Source of the DNA: Azolla caroliniana
Taxonomy: Eukaryota; Plantae; Polypodiophyta
Assembly (NCBI GenBank): GCA_043228905.1
Contig: JBHGNT010000007.1
Span: 1,798,001-1,862,000, forward strand
DNA length: 64,000 nucleotides
Direction: 5' to 3'
In this document: one piece after another, positions 35,295 through 49,490 of the stretch
How the letters are laid out: every line of letters begins with the position of its first letter
How positions within the stretch are numbered: position 1 is the first letter of the stretch
Notes under the pieces: model-generated
What the model was told of the DNA's origin: nothing
Database searches by the model: none
The model's input: the letters and a program-made list of their open reading frames with translations, nothing else
Translations under genes and position numbers: made by a program

Positions 35295-36514
35295 ATGAAA
35301 ATGGAGAAACCTAACAATTGGGATATGCTAGAGCTCGGAAACCCTATTTGTGATCAACACGTTGTAAGCTCTAAAACTCATGAATTTACCATGGGTCTCG
35401 GAAACCCTAAAAGTGATGAATTTATGGTGGGTCTTGGAAAGCCTAATTTGGATGAATATCATCTTGCTGGTGAGAAAAGTAAAGGAAAGAATGCCAAACA
35501 ACTCACATGGCTAATACTTCTTAAAGCTCATCGAGTAGCTACTTTGTTAGCTTGGATGTTTCAAGGATTATGTAGCTTAATATCTACTATCAAGAAACGC
35601 CTTATATTCAAACAAGGTATTGAAGAAAGACCTCAGAAAGGAAAGCTTTTGAATATGATAAAAGGTCTCTTAGCCTTTGCTATTGCAATGCTTGGATTTG
35701 AACTCATTGCCTACATGAAAGGATGGCATTATTTCACATCATCCACTCATTTACTACACATTCCGGGGTCGGACGATGTGATTGGGCTTCTTCAATCGAT
35801 TTATTTGGGGTGGATTTACATACGAGAAATGTACATCGCTCCACCATTGCAATCATTGGCCAACATTTGCATTGTTTTGTTCCTGATCCAATCATTGGAT
35901 CGAGTCACACAATGCCTCGGATGTGTGTGGATTAAGTTTAAGAATATAAAGCCAATTGCAAAGGTTCAATCTTTGGACATTGAAGATGCAGAGCACCCTG
36001 ATGCCGGGTACCCGATGGTTTTGATTCAGATACCCATGTGCAATGAGAAAGAGGTATTTATATTATGGTTATTAATTTTCACTCTAAGGACTTTTAGATC
36101 TATCCCGTTATTTAATTTTAAATGGTCTTACTTTGGTTATGATGCTCTATATGGAAGTATCTGTATATAGCACCTTGGTTCCCTCGATGTAAGAAATATC
36201 TCGTGTTGTGGATTCAACACAATTAGGGACTCTCTCTTTCTATCTGCATTTGGGCTGTACCCGAGTGGTTTAAGAGAATTTTTGACTGACCCATGCACGT
36301 AAGTTCAAATCTCATTCAATGCAAACTTAACTAGATATCACTGCAGAATGTAGGGGTTAAACTCATGAACTTATGGTCTTTGCCAGACATCATTACCAAC
36401 TGATCTTCAACCATGTGGGCTCTATCCCTCTTTCTTCATTTATCAATGCTGAGCACACTACATGAAAATGTCTGACTTTGACCCCATAGGTCATATTTGT
36501 ATAGTCCGATAATA

Positions 36515-36569
<55 letters not shown>

Positions 36570-39500
36570 ATGTTTCTTCAACATATCATACATGTAGCCT
36601 GGTCTTTAAACGTTTCTAGTCTTCAGAGAGGTACCCTGACATGCAGATAATTTCATATATTAAATTATTGTGGGATTTCGGCCAAGTTATTGGATCCAGC
36701 TATCTTCCCTCTTAAAAAAGGACTTTTGGTTCTTTATTAGTTTTTCTTTATGTAGAAAGAATGAAGGATATGTTAATGTCTCGTAAGAATCTAAAATGAC
36801 CAATGAAACTGAACAAGCGATTACATCTGAAAATGTTGTCTCATCTTGTAGGTAGGCATAGAGATTAGATTCTTTCTCTCACAAGGAGGCCCGTTTTGAC
36901 TTATGGGACCAAATAAACACATCATCTTGTATGTGACTCCTTCTAAGAAAGGGGGTTACTACTCTTAGTAAAAATTCTCTATGTGAAAATAATGCATGCG
37001 CATATGTGCTCAACTGTCTTGGTGGAGATTTGAACATGACACTTAAATTATCATGACCATCTAACAAGTCATCACTATATGCTGAGCATGTGAGAATAAA
37101 TGATTCATTCTCCACTAGTTTTGCATTTCACATCTTCATATTTCAGTGATTATGCCATGATGCTTCCTCAACACCTAACTTGTGTGAGCAAGCTCGAAGA
37201 AGTGTAAGGGATCTTCAAAAGCCAATGCTCATTGTGGTTGTAAGATGCAGTTGGCATTCATATCTTGTGTAGGTAGGTGCCAACATTGAGGTTAACGTTT
37301 GCAATGTAATATTCCAATTGACAGTTTAGCACCTTGTCATGTTATCCTTAGTGCGTCTTGTAATCTATCCTTGATGATCACATTCTTCATAGCATCACCT
37401 GAGAGCTCTAATAGGTCTTCTATTACCCGATCTTTAAACCATATTAGAGTGTCAAGAACCTAATGCAATGAAAGGATTCTGTTTTTTGTATGTTGCATCC
37501 TATGTTTAGTATGTCTTGGCAATCTGTGATCAGGCATATTATTGGCCTTTGCTATATAATTTTATGCTCTTTGCATGGCTAGCACAGAAGACCAGCACAA
37601 CCCATTGAACCACACAATGTCATCTAGTAAACTATACGAGAGTAAACCAAATCTTGACCTACGAAACTCAAAAGACAATACAATTAGAGCGATTTCCCCC
37701 CATAAAGAAATGGGGATTTGAGTTTTTGTTCGATTGTCTTTCTATGTGGAAACCATTTCATACATTCAACCTCTAAATTCTGAACATTTTTTGTGAAGTT
37801 AATATAAATGCCCTGTTTTCTTAATCATAAAAAGGTCCTACCTTATGATGGTTACATATGTGTAGGTTTATCAGCAATCAATTGGCGCTGTTGTCCAACT
37901 AGATTGGCCAAGAGATAAAATGCTTGTGCAAATATTGGATGATTCGGATGACAAGGAGACGCAGATGCTTATTAGAGAGGAGGTACAAAAATGGCAGGCA
38001 AAGGGCATTAAGATTATATATAGACACCGTTTGCTTCGGACGGGTTACAAAGCAGGAAACCTAAAATCAGCTATGAGTTGTGACTATGTCAAAGACTATG
38101 AATTTGTCACTATCTTTGATGCGGATTTCCAACCTCAGTCAGATTTCCTTAAGAAGACCATCATACATTTTAAGGTACTACTCTTTTGTGAAGTTGTTTT
38201 TTGCCTCTTAATTATAATCACTGGTGATATATCTTAACAATAGTAATAAAATTCTGTTGCTTATCTTGTCAATGCTAACTTTTTAAATGTAAACCAATCA
38301 AGGTTTTAAACACCATTTATGTAAAAACTTTATACCTGTGCAAATATTTGTAAAATAGGGTGTATTCCAATGATATCTCGTAAATGTTTGTAGGACAATG
38401 AAGATCTAGCTTTGGTCCAAGCTCGGTGGACATTTGTGAATAAGGATGAAAATCTTCTTACAAGGCTACAAGACATCAACTTATCCTATCATTTTGAAGT
38501 TGAGCAGCAGGTGAATGGAGTCTTCCTCAACTTCTTTGGCTTTAATGGTACAGCGGGTGTTTGGAGGATAAAGGCGCTTGAGGAAAGTGGAGGGTGGTTA
38601 GAGCGCACAACCGTTGAGGATATGGACATTGCTGTTCGGGCACACTTACATGGATGGAAATTTATCTTTCTTAATGATGTGAAGGTATTCTTTGCATATG
38701 TGATTTTATGGGAACATGCTTTGTTGAATCGACTTGTCAATGTATTTTTTGTATATAAAATGTCATTTGAATTTGTGTTTGTTTCCAATATGAAGTCTCT
38801 TATGAATTCTATCTATTACTTTGCAAGTGGGTAATTTCGTGGTTTGTTTCCTGAGAAATATCCTTTTACTGCAGTGTAATTGTGAGGTGCCAGAGAGCTA
38901 TGAGGCATTCAGAAAGCAGCAACATCGATGGCATTCTGGTCCGATGCAGCTATTTAGGCTGTGTTTTATGGACATTATAACCGCAAAGGTAATATCTTAT
39001 TCCTCATTTTCTGTGTAAAGAGATGCTGTTGCCTTTAGGTTATGATTCTCTTGGCCTTATATATCAGGCCCCTTTCCTTACAGCCATTGGTCAGGAGCTC
39101 AAGTCCCGCACCAATCAAACTTTAGTTGACATAGTTGCTAACCTTAGGGCTGTAGAAAACGAATTTGTTGTAAAAACCACTCTTTAGGAGAAAAGCACAT
39201 GATCTCAAATAATTTTTTATTTATTTTTATAACATGATGCGATATCATACCTACTGTTTGAGAATTCAGCCCAACAACCATAAGGTTTTGAGCATTAGTA
39301 TTACCACTATACCATCATGTTTATCTATACAATTTCTTAGATTAATTGGTGGGGTTATCTGTAACCATCTTTTATGATCATGTAAGGGGCAATGAAGTCT
39401 CTTATATGATGTATAAAGGACAATGAAATCTCTTGTATGATGTTCAAAGGGAACTAAAGTCTCGTATATGATATATAAAGGGCAATGCATAAACATTGTA

Positions 39501-40196
39501 CTTTTGCACTTATGTCTTCTTAACATTTAGATGTCCATTTGTGTGCAGATCTCGATTTGGAAGAAGTCAAACTTGATCTTTCTTTTTTTCCTTCTACGCA
39601 AGCTTATCCTTCCATTCTACTCTTTCACACTCTTCTGCATTATTCTCCCCTTAACAATGTTTGTCCCAGAAGCTCATCTTCCTGCATGGGTAATATGCTA
39701 TGTTCCGGCTGCCATGTCTTTGATGAACATTGCTCCCGCTCCAAAGTCATTTCCCTTCATTGTGCCATACCTTCTATTTGAAAACACAATGTCAGTCACA
39801 AAGTTTCATGCCATGATATCTGGACTCTTTCAGCTTGGAAGTGCATATGAATGGGTGGTAACAAAGAAAGTTGGCCGAGCTTCTGAAACCGATTTAGTTG
39901 CTCTTGTTGAAAAAGAAGAGAAATCTGAGCACAACAAACTTTCTCGTGGATTGTCCGAGTCTGGACTCAACACCTTGTCCAAAGCCAAAGATGACAACGA
40001 GGAAATGGCGCTAAAACCTCGGAGAAAGAGAGTAAACCAAGTGTATAAAAAAGAGCTCGCATTGGCTTTCCTTCTCTTGGTCGCCGCGCTAAGAAGCTTG
40101 CTCTCTGTCCAAGGTGTACATTTCTACTTTTTGCTTTTCCAAGGGGTTTCGTTCCTCTTAGTTGGCCTTGATTTGATTGGTGAGCAAGTGAGTTGA
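35295..40196 (+). CDS. CSLC: Cellulose synthase-like C (xyloglucan glucan synthase, GT2), 5 exons, ~706 aa
   Basis: Exons 35295-36053, 37866-38174, 38394-38684, 38875-38988 and 39549-40196, all GT-AG and phase 0. Motifs [41 protein letters not shown] and C-terminal [11 protein letters not shown] possible ancestral ATG at 35247 is blocked by an in-frame TAG. Confidence 0.95.
36245..36323 (+). other. Degenerate tRNA/SINE-head-like sequence in CSLC intron 1
   Basis: A-box-like TACCCGAGTGGTTTAAG and B-box-like GTAAGTTCAAATC, bracketed by complementary TGCATT/AATGCA. Confidence 0.45.
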
Positions 40197-43100
40197 TTTT
40201 GTTTTCTCATAAAAATGTACACAGTAGTTTTCAAAATACATTCTGGCAGCCTTCCATTAGTGGAATCAAATTGCTTTGGGCTGATAAAATCCATATATTA
40301 GTCTACAATAACCAAATTGGGCCCTCAGTGACAAGCTTCATTATGTATACTTCACATGGCTGAGATATTATTCATTATTTTTCAAACTTTATGACATAAC
40401 TTCAATGGATGAGGAAGGACAAACAAACTGTGTTTCTTCTTTTCTTCCGTGCGACTTTATTTCCTTATATTCATTCTCCCCTCTTGGCTAGTGTCATATT
40501 GACTCTTGCGGCAATTGTATTATGGGCATTACATTTATTGCAAAAGAAAATCTCTTTTGGTCCAATTGGGCCACTCCTGATATGTGAAGACCTTTTTCTA
40601 ATGAAGGCTGCTACTCTGCTTTCCCAATATATGTGCATTCTTTTGGAAGCTCATTCAAAGAGCAAGGATGGAAGAAAAATATGTGCTTAGGCTTTGCTGT
40701 TTGTGTTTCTAATATTAATATATGTTCAGGAAGCAGATCCCGATTCTCTAGTCTGTAGTGAAAATAAATATTTACCAATTGAAGGATAATTTCACCAATT
40801 ATGGCTTTGTTTCCCAATTGAAGAAATATTTACCAATTGGAGTTTATTTTCACCAAATATTTACCCTAGTCTGGCATTTTGATTATATGATTTATTGTAG
40901 TTGATTTACGTATAATATTATTTGTAGCTTCATTGCAATCTTCCCCATCTTTCTTAAAATATTTATGCTGTTTGGAATGTACTTGTGTATATCTTTCTCT
41001 CTCCTCTCTTCTTTTGTATACACATAACACACACATTTCTTATTTAATTCCATTGTATGGATAGATTTCATCTTCCAAAGAACTATCTAATCTAGTTCTT
41101 CACAACTAACACTTATTCCTACATGTCACAGTTCATTATGGGTTTGTCCCAAGTTTTAAAATAACCAGTTTCCCACATCCTAGTTGTATACCTTTAGAAT
41201 TGGCTCCTAAGGTTATGACCACAACAACTATAGTAACAATTGAATTTAGTATGAAAGGACGCATTGAAGCTTTTGGAAAATTGCAAAGAGATTAAACCTT
41301 ACATTTATAACACTCACCTCATTTCGTCATTTGTTTGGGCAAATTCTAGTATAACAAGTTTCCAACATCCTACCATGAAGTTATTAAAATTTACCTTTAG
41401 AATTGGCTCCTACGATAATGCCCATAACAACTATGATAGAAAGTCAACTTAATTTGTGAGGAACTACGATGGAAAATTGTTGAGAGATGAAGGCACAACC
41501 TCATTGTGTCACTTGTTTGGCCAATTGTTAGAGAGAGAGAGAGAAAATAATGATGTATGGAGTAATAGAGAGGTGAGAAAGTTGGTCTCAAACCCAAGAC
41601 CTAGGATAAAAAAAACCTACCAAAAAATATATTAATCAAGATGTGGATGATTATAATGAAGCTAAAATAGACATTAAAGTAAATCAATTATAATCAAGAT
41701 TTTATACAAAAGAGGAGGCTTGGCTTAAATGGAACTTTAATGGAAGTCCATATAGAAATTTGGAATAATGATTGAATGGGAGAGAGTGGGATATCAAAGG
41801 TATTTGTTCATTCAATGCACAGGAATTTAAAACATACAAGGGGTGTGGAACTTGGGTAAGCTTGTTATCTCAATAGTAATGACACCATTAGATACAACAT
41901 TATAACCATAATCAGACAATACGTCATAAAACCACCAATCATTTTACCCCAAAAATAACAAGAGGCAACCCATCTCATCATCGACGATCGTTTCAATATG
42001 ATATGTTACAAAAGGTCCTGATTTTATCGATTGTTCCAAAACATTCGGCCGTTCACTTTGCAACACCCTAAAAGTTTGCATGACCATGCATCCATAAGGT
42101 CCAAGAATAATTATGAACCACAGTTTAAGTTGGTTTTGTACCAATAGAGGCATACAAAAGATTGTTATGAACGATCTAAAAGTGTACCTAATTTTGCCTT
42201 CTACAATCTTTTGTATCCATTTTCTCGAGTATTGTTATGGCACCATTAACTTAGCCAATGTCAGAACCCATTGTTGTGTTAGAAACTTTATCCCCAATTT
42301 TGGTTAATTTCTAAAGGTGTAACATAAAGATCAATAGAAGGTTTGAAATGAAAGCCCAAATAAACCGATGTGAAATTTGAACCATTAAGCACACAAGACC
42401 AATTATTCTCTCAGTATACTCTCCTGATTACAATTTCAAATTCGAAATCTTGAAAGATGCTCATTGAACTACTACATTGTTTCAGCAGATTCAAGAATAC
42501 TGATTACATTCAGGACATCTAGATTCAAAAGGACAAACTCTCCAAGAACCATACATCTTATAGATGTTATGGAGTTACAATAATTATCTATATTATGCGT
42601 ATTATCAAAAGAGAGTTTCACAAGCATCTAAATCATCTAGCTCTTTACTTTTAACAGATTTAGTGTTGCAAATAAAGATAACAGTTAATTGCATTTTGTA
42701 TTAGGAAAACGTTTTACTTCTGCTATATGAACTGTGAGAAGTTCTACTATTATTTCTTTGTTTCCTACGTGCATTTATCAACTGTGAGAAGTCCCGACAG
42801 TCTACTTGCTAGAGTACAGTCTCTTGTAACCTGGACTCTCCTTGTTCAATCGGTTGTTTTGATTGCTTAAGACTGTCTTGTGGGGTGGGTTGAACATGGA
42901 GCCAACCAATCTATGCTTTCATAAAATCTAAAAACAAAAGAATATCTCGTCGACCACATTAAACAAACGGTCTCAGTACAACACAATCTGATTAGGAAAT
43001 CTCACAAATATACATATAAAAACCATCATTTAGGGTTCAAGAGACTTTGTATGTTGGTATATCTCAATACCATATCTTAGGAGCTTCAGCATCTTGAACT

Positions 43101-43319
43101 ACAAAATGATGGGATGTTCACATGTTAATATACATGTAGACCATTCTCATAAAATGCTTATTGAAGGATGCCACCACTACATCCAGAGACATTAGCTGAT
43201 AAATTTGATAGCCAGATGTTTGCCAATAAACTTAGAAAGAATATACTGAATACAGAGTAAAAAGTACTGCTACCACAACTCCTGATCATCCAAATATCGG
43301 AGATCTGACATGAGCATTT

Positions 43320-46300
43320 TTATTTAACTTTCTGGAAGACACCCGAAAAAGTAGGTATCTTATTGAGTAGTTTCAATGCCTCTTCAGCTTTCTTCCGTGT
43401 GTTAGGGTTACCATATTTGAAGGCTTCTACCAATGCTGTATGCATATTGGCATCATTCGAGATGGTACGTGCCATGTCATCATTTTGCAAAATACGCTCC
43501 ACTACAGTAACCGCATGCTGCCGGAGTAGCTCCGTTTTGTGCTCTCTCATGATAGTCAGGATGGGTTTGATAGCATCTGAACTACTCAAAATTCCAATGC
43601 CCCCTTCAAGGTCGTTTGCATCCACTACTAAAGTTGAAAGAGCTTTTAGAGATGCTTCAACTACCCCCACATTTGGATGATCAAGGCACGATACAAGCGG
43701 GCGCACAGCCTGAGCATCAACAAGGCAGAATGTTTCCTTTGCAGAGCATAACCCTGAATGAACACTACATAATCCTGGTGGTTTTTCTGGTTTACTTTGG
43801 AACCATGAACAACACCCCTGTTTTATTTTTATTTCAGGAACCACAGATAGCCTCTTTGAATAAACTGATAGATTTCCTAATGCTATGGCGCTGAATTGTT
43901 GAACCTCATCTAAACCACCTGTTTTCAGAAGGTTTGTGAAAACATATGTGAGGTTGTAATCTTGGGCGAGTTGTACCAGATCTGTTTTACCATCAGATAT
44001 ATAAGTAAACCTTAACAGAACTCCCACCAAGCCTACCTTATAGTCACTTATGAATCGCCCTGCACCTATTCGGACAACTCCTTGGCGCAAATCATCAAGT
44101 TTTTTTATAATAATCGGCAATGCTCCTTGATCCAATAAAGCACGAGTTAAATGCACATCTTCGATCGGAAGCTTTGCCATTAGCCTTGATGCAGTTGCTT
44201 GCTCTTCACTGACACCATCCATTTCAAGCAGCTTTACCATAGTGTTTAACTGACCCATGGCAGAACGAAGGCCATCAGAAATCTCTTGTCTCATACGATC
44301 ACAAAGATGATACAACAACTTAATTGAGTTTGCTCGCAACTCTTTCTGTGGCACATCTAGAAACTGTATCAGGCTCAACATAGCACCTGAACTTTTTATC
44401 GCCACCACTACTCTATCAGCAGCTAAAGAAGAAGACGCAAGAGCCACTAGGACTTGAAGAAGCTTCGCCTCAATGGTAGGGCCAGTATTGCAAACCAAAT
44501 GTAGTAGATTATGCAAGATAGGTTCTGAAATAAGAGTATTGCCATCGCCATCTACCTTAACATCTTCCAAGTCCACACCTGAGCTTACTACATTAGCAAG
44601 GATTGTGGCTGAAACTTCTTTAAGTTTCATAGGTAGCTGATTCACGCCCACTACAAATAGATCCTTTACTAATGGACCAAGAACACCTGCTTTAGCCAAA
44701 ACTTGCCCATTGCTCTCAAGCTCCGAAAGTTGTCTTAGGCACTTCAATGCAGCCTCTCTACTTGCCATATAACCACCCTCAAGCATTCCTACTAATGCTT
44801 TTCCTCCCACTTCTGCGGCGTTAGCTTTTCCTTCCTTACTCAGCACTAAATCACAAAGCAAGGTGGCCATCTCCAGGCGAGTTTCTTCACCACCTATTTG
44901 TATAAAAAAGGTAACTTTTAGACCTTTGTATTCTATATAGTTCTTCCTCATTTAGTGAATACAGTGAAGTGAAATCTCAATTTTTGGAAGCATATTTAGA
45001 ATCTGATACTTTGGAATGACCATTATTTTGGTTATTCTCAAGTCACGAAAATAGAAATGAGCAAAGACAATTGTTATTCCAACGTCTAACAAATACTAGA
45101 TCCTAACATCTTAGTAACCAAGGAGGAATACAGGAATGTTCATTACCAATGTTGGCTCTTTCTTTTTCTGTTGACTAATGCTTCTGTGACATTTTTAATG
45201 ACAATATCTGAGAGAGTGTTTCAGATAAGTATTTGTATTGGCACAAAGGACAGACGGTTTTTCAGTGATTTTCTGGAAGAATAAAGGTATGAATGCAAAC
45301 ATACATATTGTGAGCAGAACAAAAGAAGAAAGAGAAAGCTTGTAATAGAGACGGGAATACAGAAAGTTGGCTCTCTACAGTGAATGAGATGATTTAGACT
45401 AATAATTACAGAAGGCTATACAGGTCTTCTACTTATATCAATAACAACCAGAAATCAAAACTATATGAACTTGTCTGTAGTTCATCCATCCATATAACTT
45501 AAGTCACTTCATAAAATCTATTAACCGCCAACTTCATCGCATGTCTTCCGCCTAGATAGTTGGATTGGGACAGTGTATTCACAAGTGATTGTTTACAAGA
45601 CAACAACCCCTCAAGCAATTATGGCCCAAACCAAATTTCCACCACAACCTTGATACCAGAGACTTTGTGAAAAGGATATACAAACAGTGCTCCATCATAG
45701 TGGTCCGTAATTTCTACATGTTTTCATGTTGAGATGGTAGATCAGATTCCTTGTGATGTACCTCTACTGACATATCCACTTTTATAAGTTCCTGCTTCAT
45801 TGGAACTTCTAGTTCCTGTAGAATTCTCTGAACTAGTACTGCTTCAGATTTCAAGAAACAATGAACCAAGATCCAAATAACAAACAAGATATAGGCATTC
45901 CAAAACAATAAGATGAGATGTCCACAGAGCGAAGGTGCAGATTTCATGCAAGATGATTCAAATTTCAATATTATGATTCTTGAAAAGGGAAGGGGAAAAC
46001 AGATGCAAGCCTAAAACTATCACTCGGCAAACACATGCAATATTTTCTTTTCAATGGACCAGTTCAGTAAAAAGATCATGGGTTCATTCTCAAAAAAGAG
46101 AACCAACAAACCAAGTTTTAATCAAAAGCCAAAATTTCACAGAGAATTGCTACTCACCAAAATTTAATGAACAACGTATGCCATGTATTAGTTAGATATT
46201 ACAGCGTTTAATGTCGCATACATTAGCACTTCCCTAAAGCTTATGAGAGCATTCATGGACAGATCGACTCATGTTATACCTCTCCCACATATGTACTATT

Positions 46301-48329
46301 TGTTACATTGCATCGCCTTTCTAGAACTATCATCCCTATATCATTGTCCTTTTAGTACAGCTTAATTACATTCAGCATAATTTTGTTTTATTTTACCAGA
46401 CATTTTATAAGATTCACATGAATGTAACTTTTGGACTCACAAATACTTTGGCCATTGAAGCCATTAATTTAATATTTCATTTCTCTGTTAAGTCTCCGCT
46501 AATATAATATATTCATTCTTTTTAGTGTCTGTTACATCTATTGAACTCATAAAATAAACCAACATCCTAACAAGAGTTTGGGCTCCAATAGAAATAATGC
46601 AAATTAATTCTCAATGCATACCTTCCACTAAGCGTTTTAGGAGTGGTTGCAGACGTCCATTCACAGCCATTTCTCGGACATTTACATCATAACTTTCCAA
46701 ATTTTGAAGAGTTTTTTCCGCTTTCTCGATCGTAATAACATTATTAGTATCACTACTAGCAACGCCAACGAGAACCAATATCGCACCACTTTCAGAACCA
46801 ATCCTCTCACATAGGGGCTGGAATTTAGAAAGTTCATAGAGTAAAGATGCAGCTTCCTCCTGCTCTTTTGGGATATCTCGAGATAAACATTTAATACAGT
46901 TGCGAATCACATCCATCTCTCCGATAGCTTCCTAAAAATTACACCAAGTTAAGATGTTCTCTCTTTTAATAGTTGTCCTCTATACAACATATCACACGAT
47001 CCGAATGCATATTAGATGGAGATAGTATCTGATTACATGACTATCATCATATTGTGTCGCCTTGTATCAATAATGGAAATGCTAAGGCCTTACAATTACC
47101 TTGTTGTCATCATCATCTTCAGCAAGAGCCCGCAATGTTGCAAGAGCAGAGCAACGCACTTGTTCTCCATGTTTCAAACACCCAGCAATTACAGGAAGCA
47201 ATCCACTATTCCTGACATTATGTTTACTCAGCCGATTTTTGTGGATAACTAACTGTATATCCTTCAAACCATGCAAAACATCCTGTTGAGAGCTCTTAGA
47301 CATCAACAAGTACCCTGCATTGTCAATCCTTGCAGCCTCATTCCTCATCCTCCATTCTTCAATCGTTTGTCGGAGAGCAATACTCGGTTTTAAAATAACT
47401 GTTTCTATTTTCTTTCCTGAGGTAGGGCATACAAGGGGTCTTCCATTGTCTTTGCACTCATTAAACCATTTCTCAATAGCACTCCGTTCATATGTATAGC
47501 CCGTCTCTAATGTGACAGGGTCACGCATAACAGTCTTTGTTAAAGGACACACAAAAGACTCATATAGTGGCTCAACCCTCTTTTGCTCCCGAAGATGATG
47601 GCTACTATTGTCAATAGAACTTGACAAAGTAGAAGTAGTTTGGGACCAATTCTCCACTAAGTTTCCAAGGAGATCCATCATTTGTAGATCATGAGCTTCA
47701 GTTGTTCCTCGGAGATCATTCTTCAAGATCTCTACTTGGAGCTTCAAAGCATTAGGATTATGCGGTGCATCTTTGATCCCAACAGACTTTGCAATATCAA
47801 GAAGAAGATCTTTTTGCATGTCTAGGTCATTTTGTAGGATGACACTATTCTCTCTCAAGATCTGATGGATGCGATCATCTGATTCTTTCACCTCGAAATG
47901 CACCTTTTGCATATCTCTTGAGAGAGAATCTATAACTGCCTTTGTGTCCTCATCGCCTTGAACCGAAGATTGTGGAATAAGACTCAAGCTTCGGCCAAGG
48001 TTATGAACCACCTTTTCAAGCTGTTTCATTAGAGATTTCAAATGAGTAACTAAATAAATCTTGCTTTTGGTATGGCATACGTTAATTATACTATCAGCCG
48101 AATCAACCTCTCGAAGCAAAGCTTCGAGAATTTCTCGGGTCATAGGAGAAGTATCGCGACCTCCTTGAAGTTCGAAGCAAATGGGCACCATTCTTTCTAA
48201 ATAACAAGATAATTGGAGAAAGATTTCTTGCTCGATTGATGCATTTCGTGCTGTGTTTGCAACCTCCGAGACTCTGTTTAGCAGATTCTGTGAGAGTTGA
48301 ACAACAGCTGGAAGCTCCAAACTATGCAT
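43320..48329 (-). CDS. U-box/ARM-repeat E3 ubiquitin ligase, PUB42/43/44 (SAUL1) type, with N-terminal extension; 3 exons, ~1037 aa
   Basis: Exons 48329-47100, 46931-46622 and 44893-43320 (GT-AG, phases 0 and 1 consistent). U-box FVCPLTKTVMRDPVTLETGYTYER...CPTSG, ARM repeats, and the CSVHSGLCS...FCL motif typical of the group. Confidence 0.92.
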
Positions 48330-49059
48330 TTGGATAGATGTGTTTTTCTCTCACTGTTACTAGTGGAAAGGAGACCTTGAAATTTTGCGATCTGCCTCTT
48401 TTGATTCTCTCTCTCTCTCTATCTATCTACCGGTATCCTTGCTCATAAACCCTATTTGAGATCTCTCTTTCTTTAATCTATCCTTTACCTCTCTCCTCTC
48501 TCTTTTTCTTCCCCCCTTCTCCCTTTCTCTCTGTAGTTACTCACCTAAAATGGAGAAATTTCAATCCCACCCCTTTTAGAACAGCGCCTAAAATCCTAAT
48601 CATTCTGCTTGACCAAGAGGAACAACGGAGAAAAAGAGCAAGGTTCTTGCCAAGAACCTTGAATTTGAAGGCTCAGCAGGGGATTTGCAGAACAATGAGA
48701 CCCATATCGGTGCTCTTCATATGATTATGATGACTGCTATTACACTTTGACAAGGATCCATGCCAGCGCAACAGAAAGAAAAAGATGAATGACATTAGGA
48801 GAAGACGCCTAAAATGAGGGAGAAGGAATCGAACCTGTGAGGATGGATTCATTCATTCATCAATCCATCTATTGTTCATGAGTTGAATAGCCAAAGAATG
48901 ATAGACAAACAGAGAGACAGAGAGAAACAGAGTATTGATTTCCTGGCAAATCTCTTTCTTCTTATAATTTATTGAGGGTTGGGAGAATTGTCAAAATCAC
49001 GAGCCTTTTGGTCCTACCATAGGATTGGTTCCCTGGGACTTGTCCTTGACTTTTGTCCG

Positions 49060-49450
49060 TGTCCGTGTCCATGTCCGTAACTCATCCAGACCAATCCATG
49101 CGCCCGCCGCCCATCACACCGTCCATCGCTCTCCACTCTGTTCATATATGGCTCGCGTTTCCTCTCTGTTCTTCTGTCCTATGATTAGTTCCCCTATAGA
49201 CCCATAAGACTCGTCTGCTGCCAAAGTAGTCCATGTGCCCATCACACACTGCCCATCTCTCTCCACTTGGATTCACATATGCCTCTCGTTTCCTCTCTAT
49301 TATTCAGTCCTATGACTGGTGTTTTCCCAAACACCCATGAGACTTGTCCACGTCCACGTCCAAACAATTCCATGCACCCTTCACACCGTCCATTGTTCTC
49401 CACTCGGATTCACATATGGCTCTTGTTTCCTCTCCACCATTTGGTCCATT
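49060..49450. repeat. Three diverged ~135-bp tandem repeats upstream of the PUB gene
   Basis: CCATG...CACAC...TCTCCACT...TTCA(T/C)ATATG...GTTTCCTCTC recurs at ~49096, 49231 and 49369. Confidence 0.75.
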
Positions 49451-49459
49451 TCCCTACTT

Positions 49460-49490
<31 letters not shown>

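Noticed and set aside
36850-37450. Possible hAT transposase relic on the minus strand in CSLC intron 1
   Set aside because: Only a vague motif resemblance; needs a translated search.
41100-41760. Diverged ~200-bp repeats and a WLKWNFNGS RNase H-like snippet
   Set aside because: Too short and degenerate to classify.
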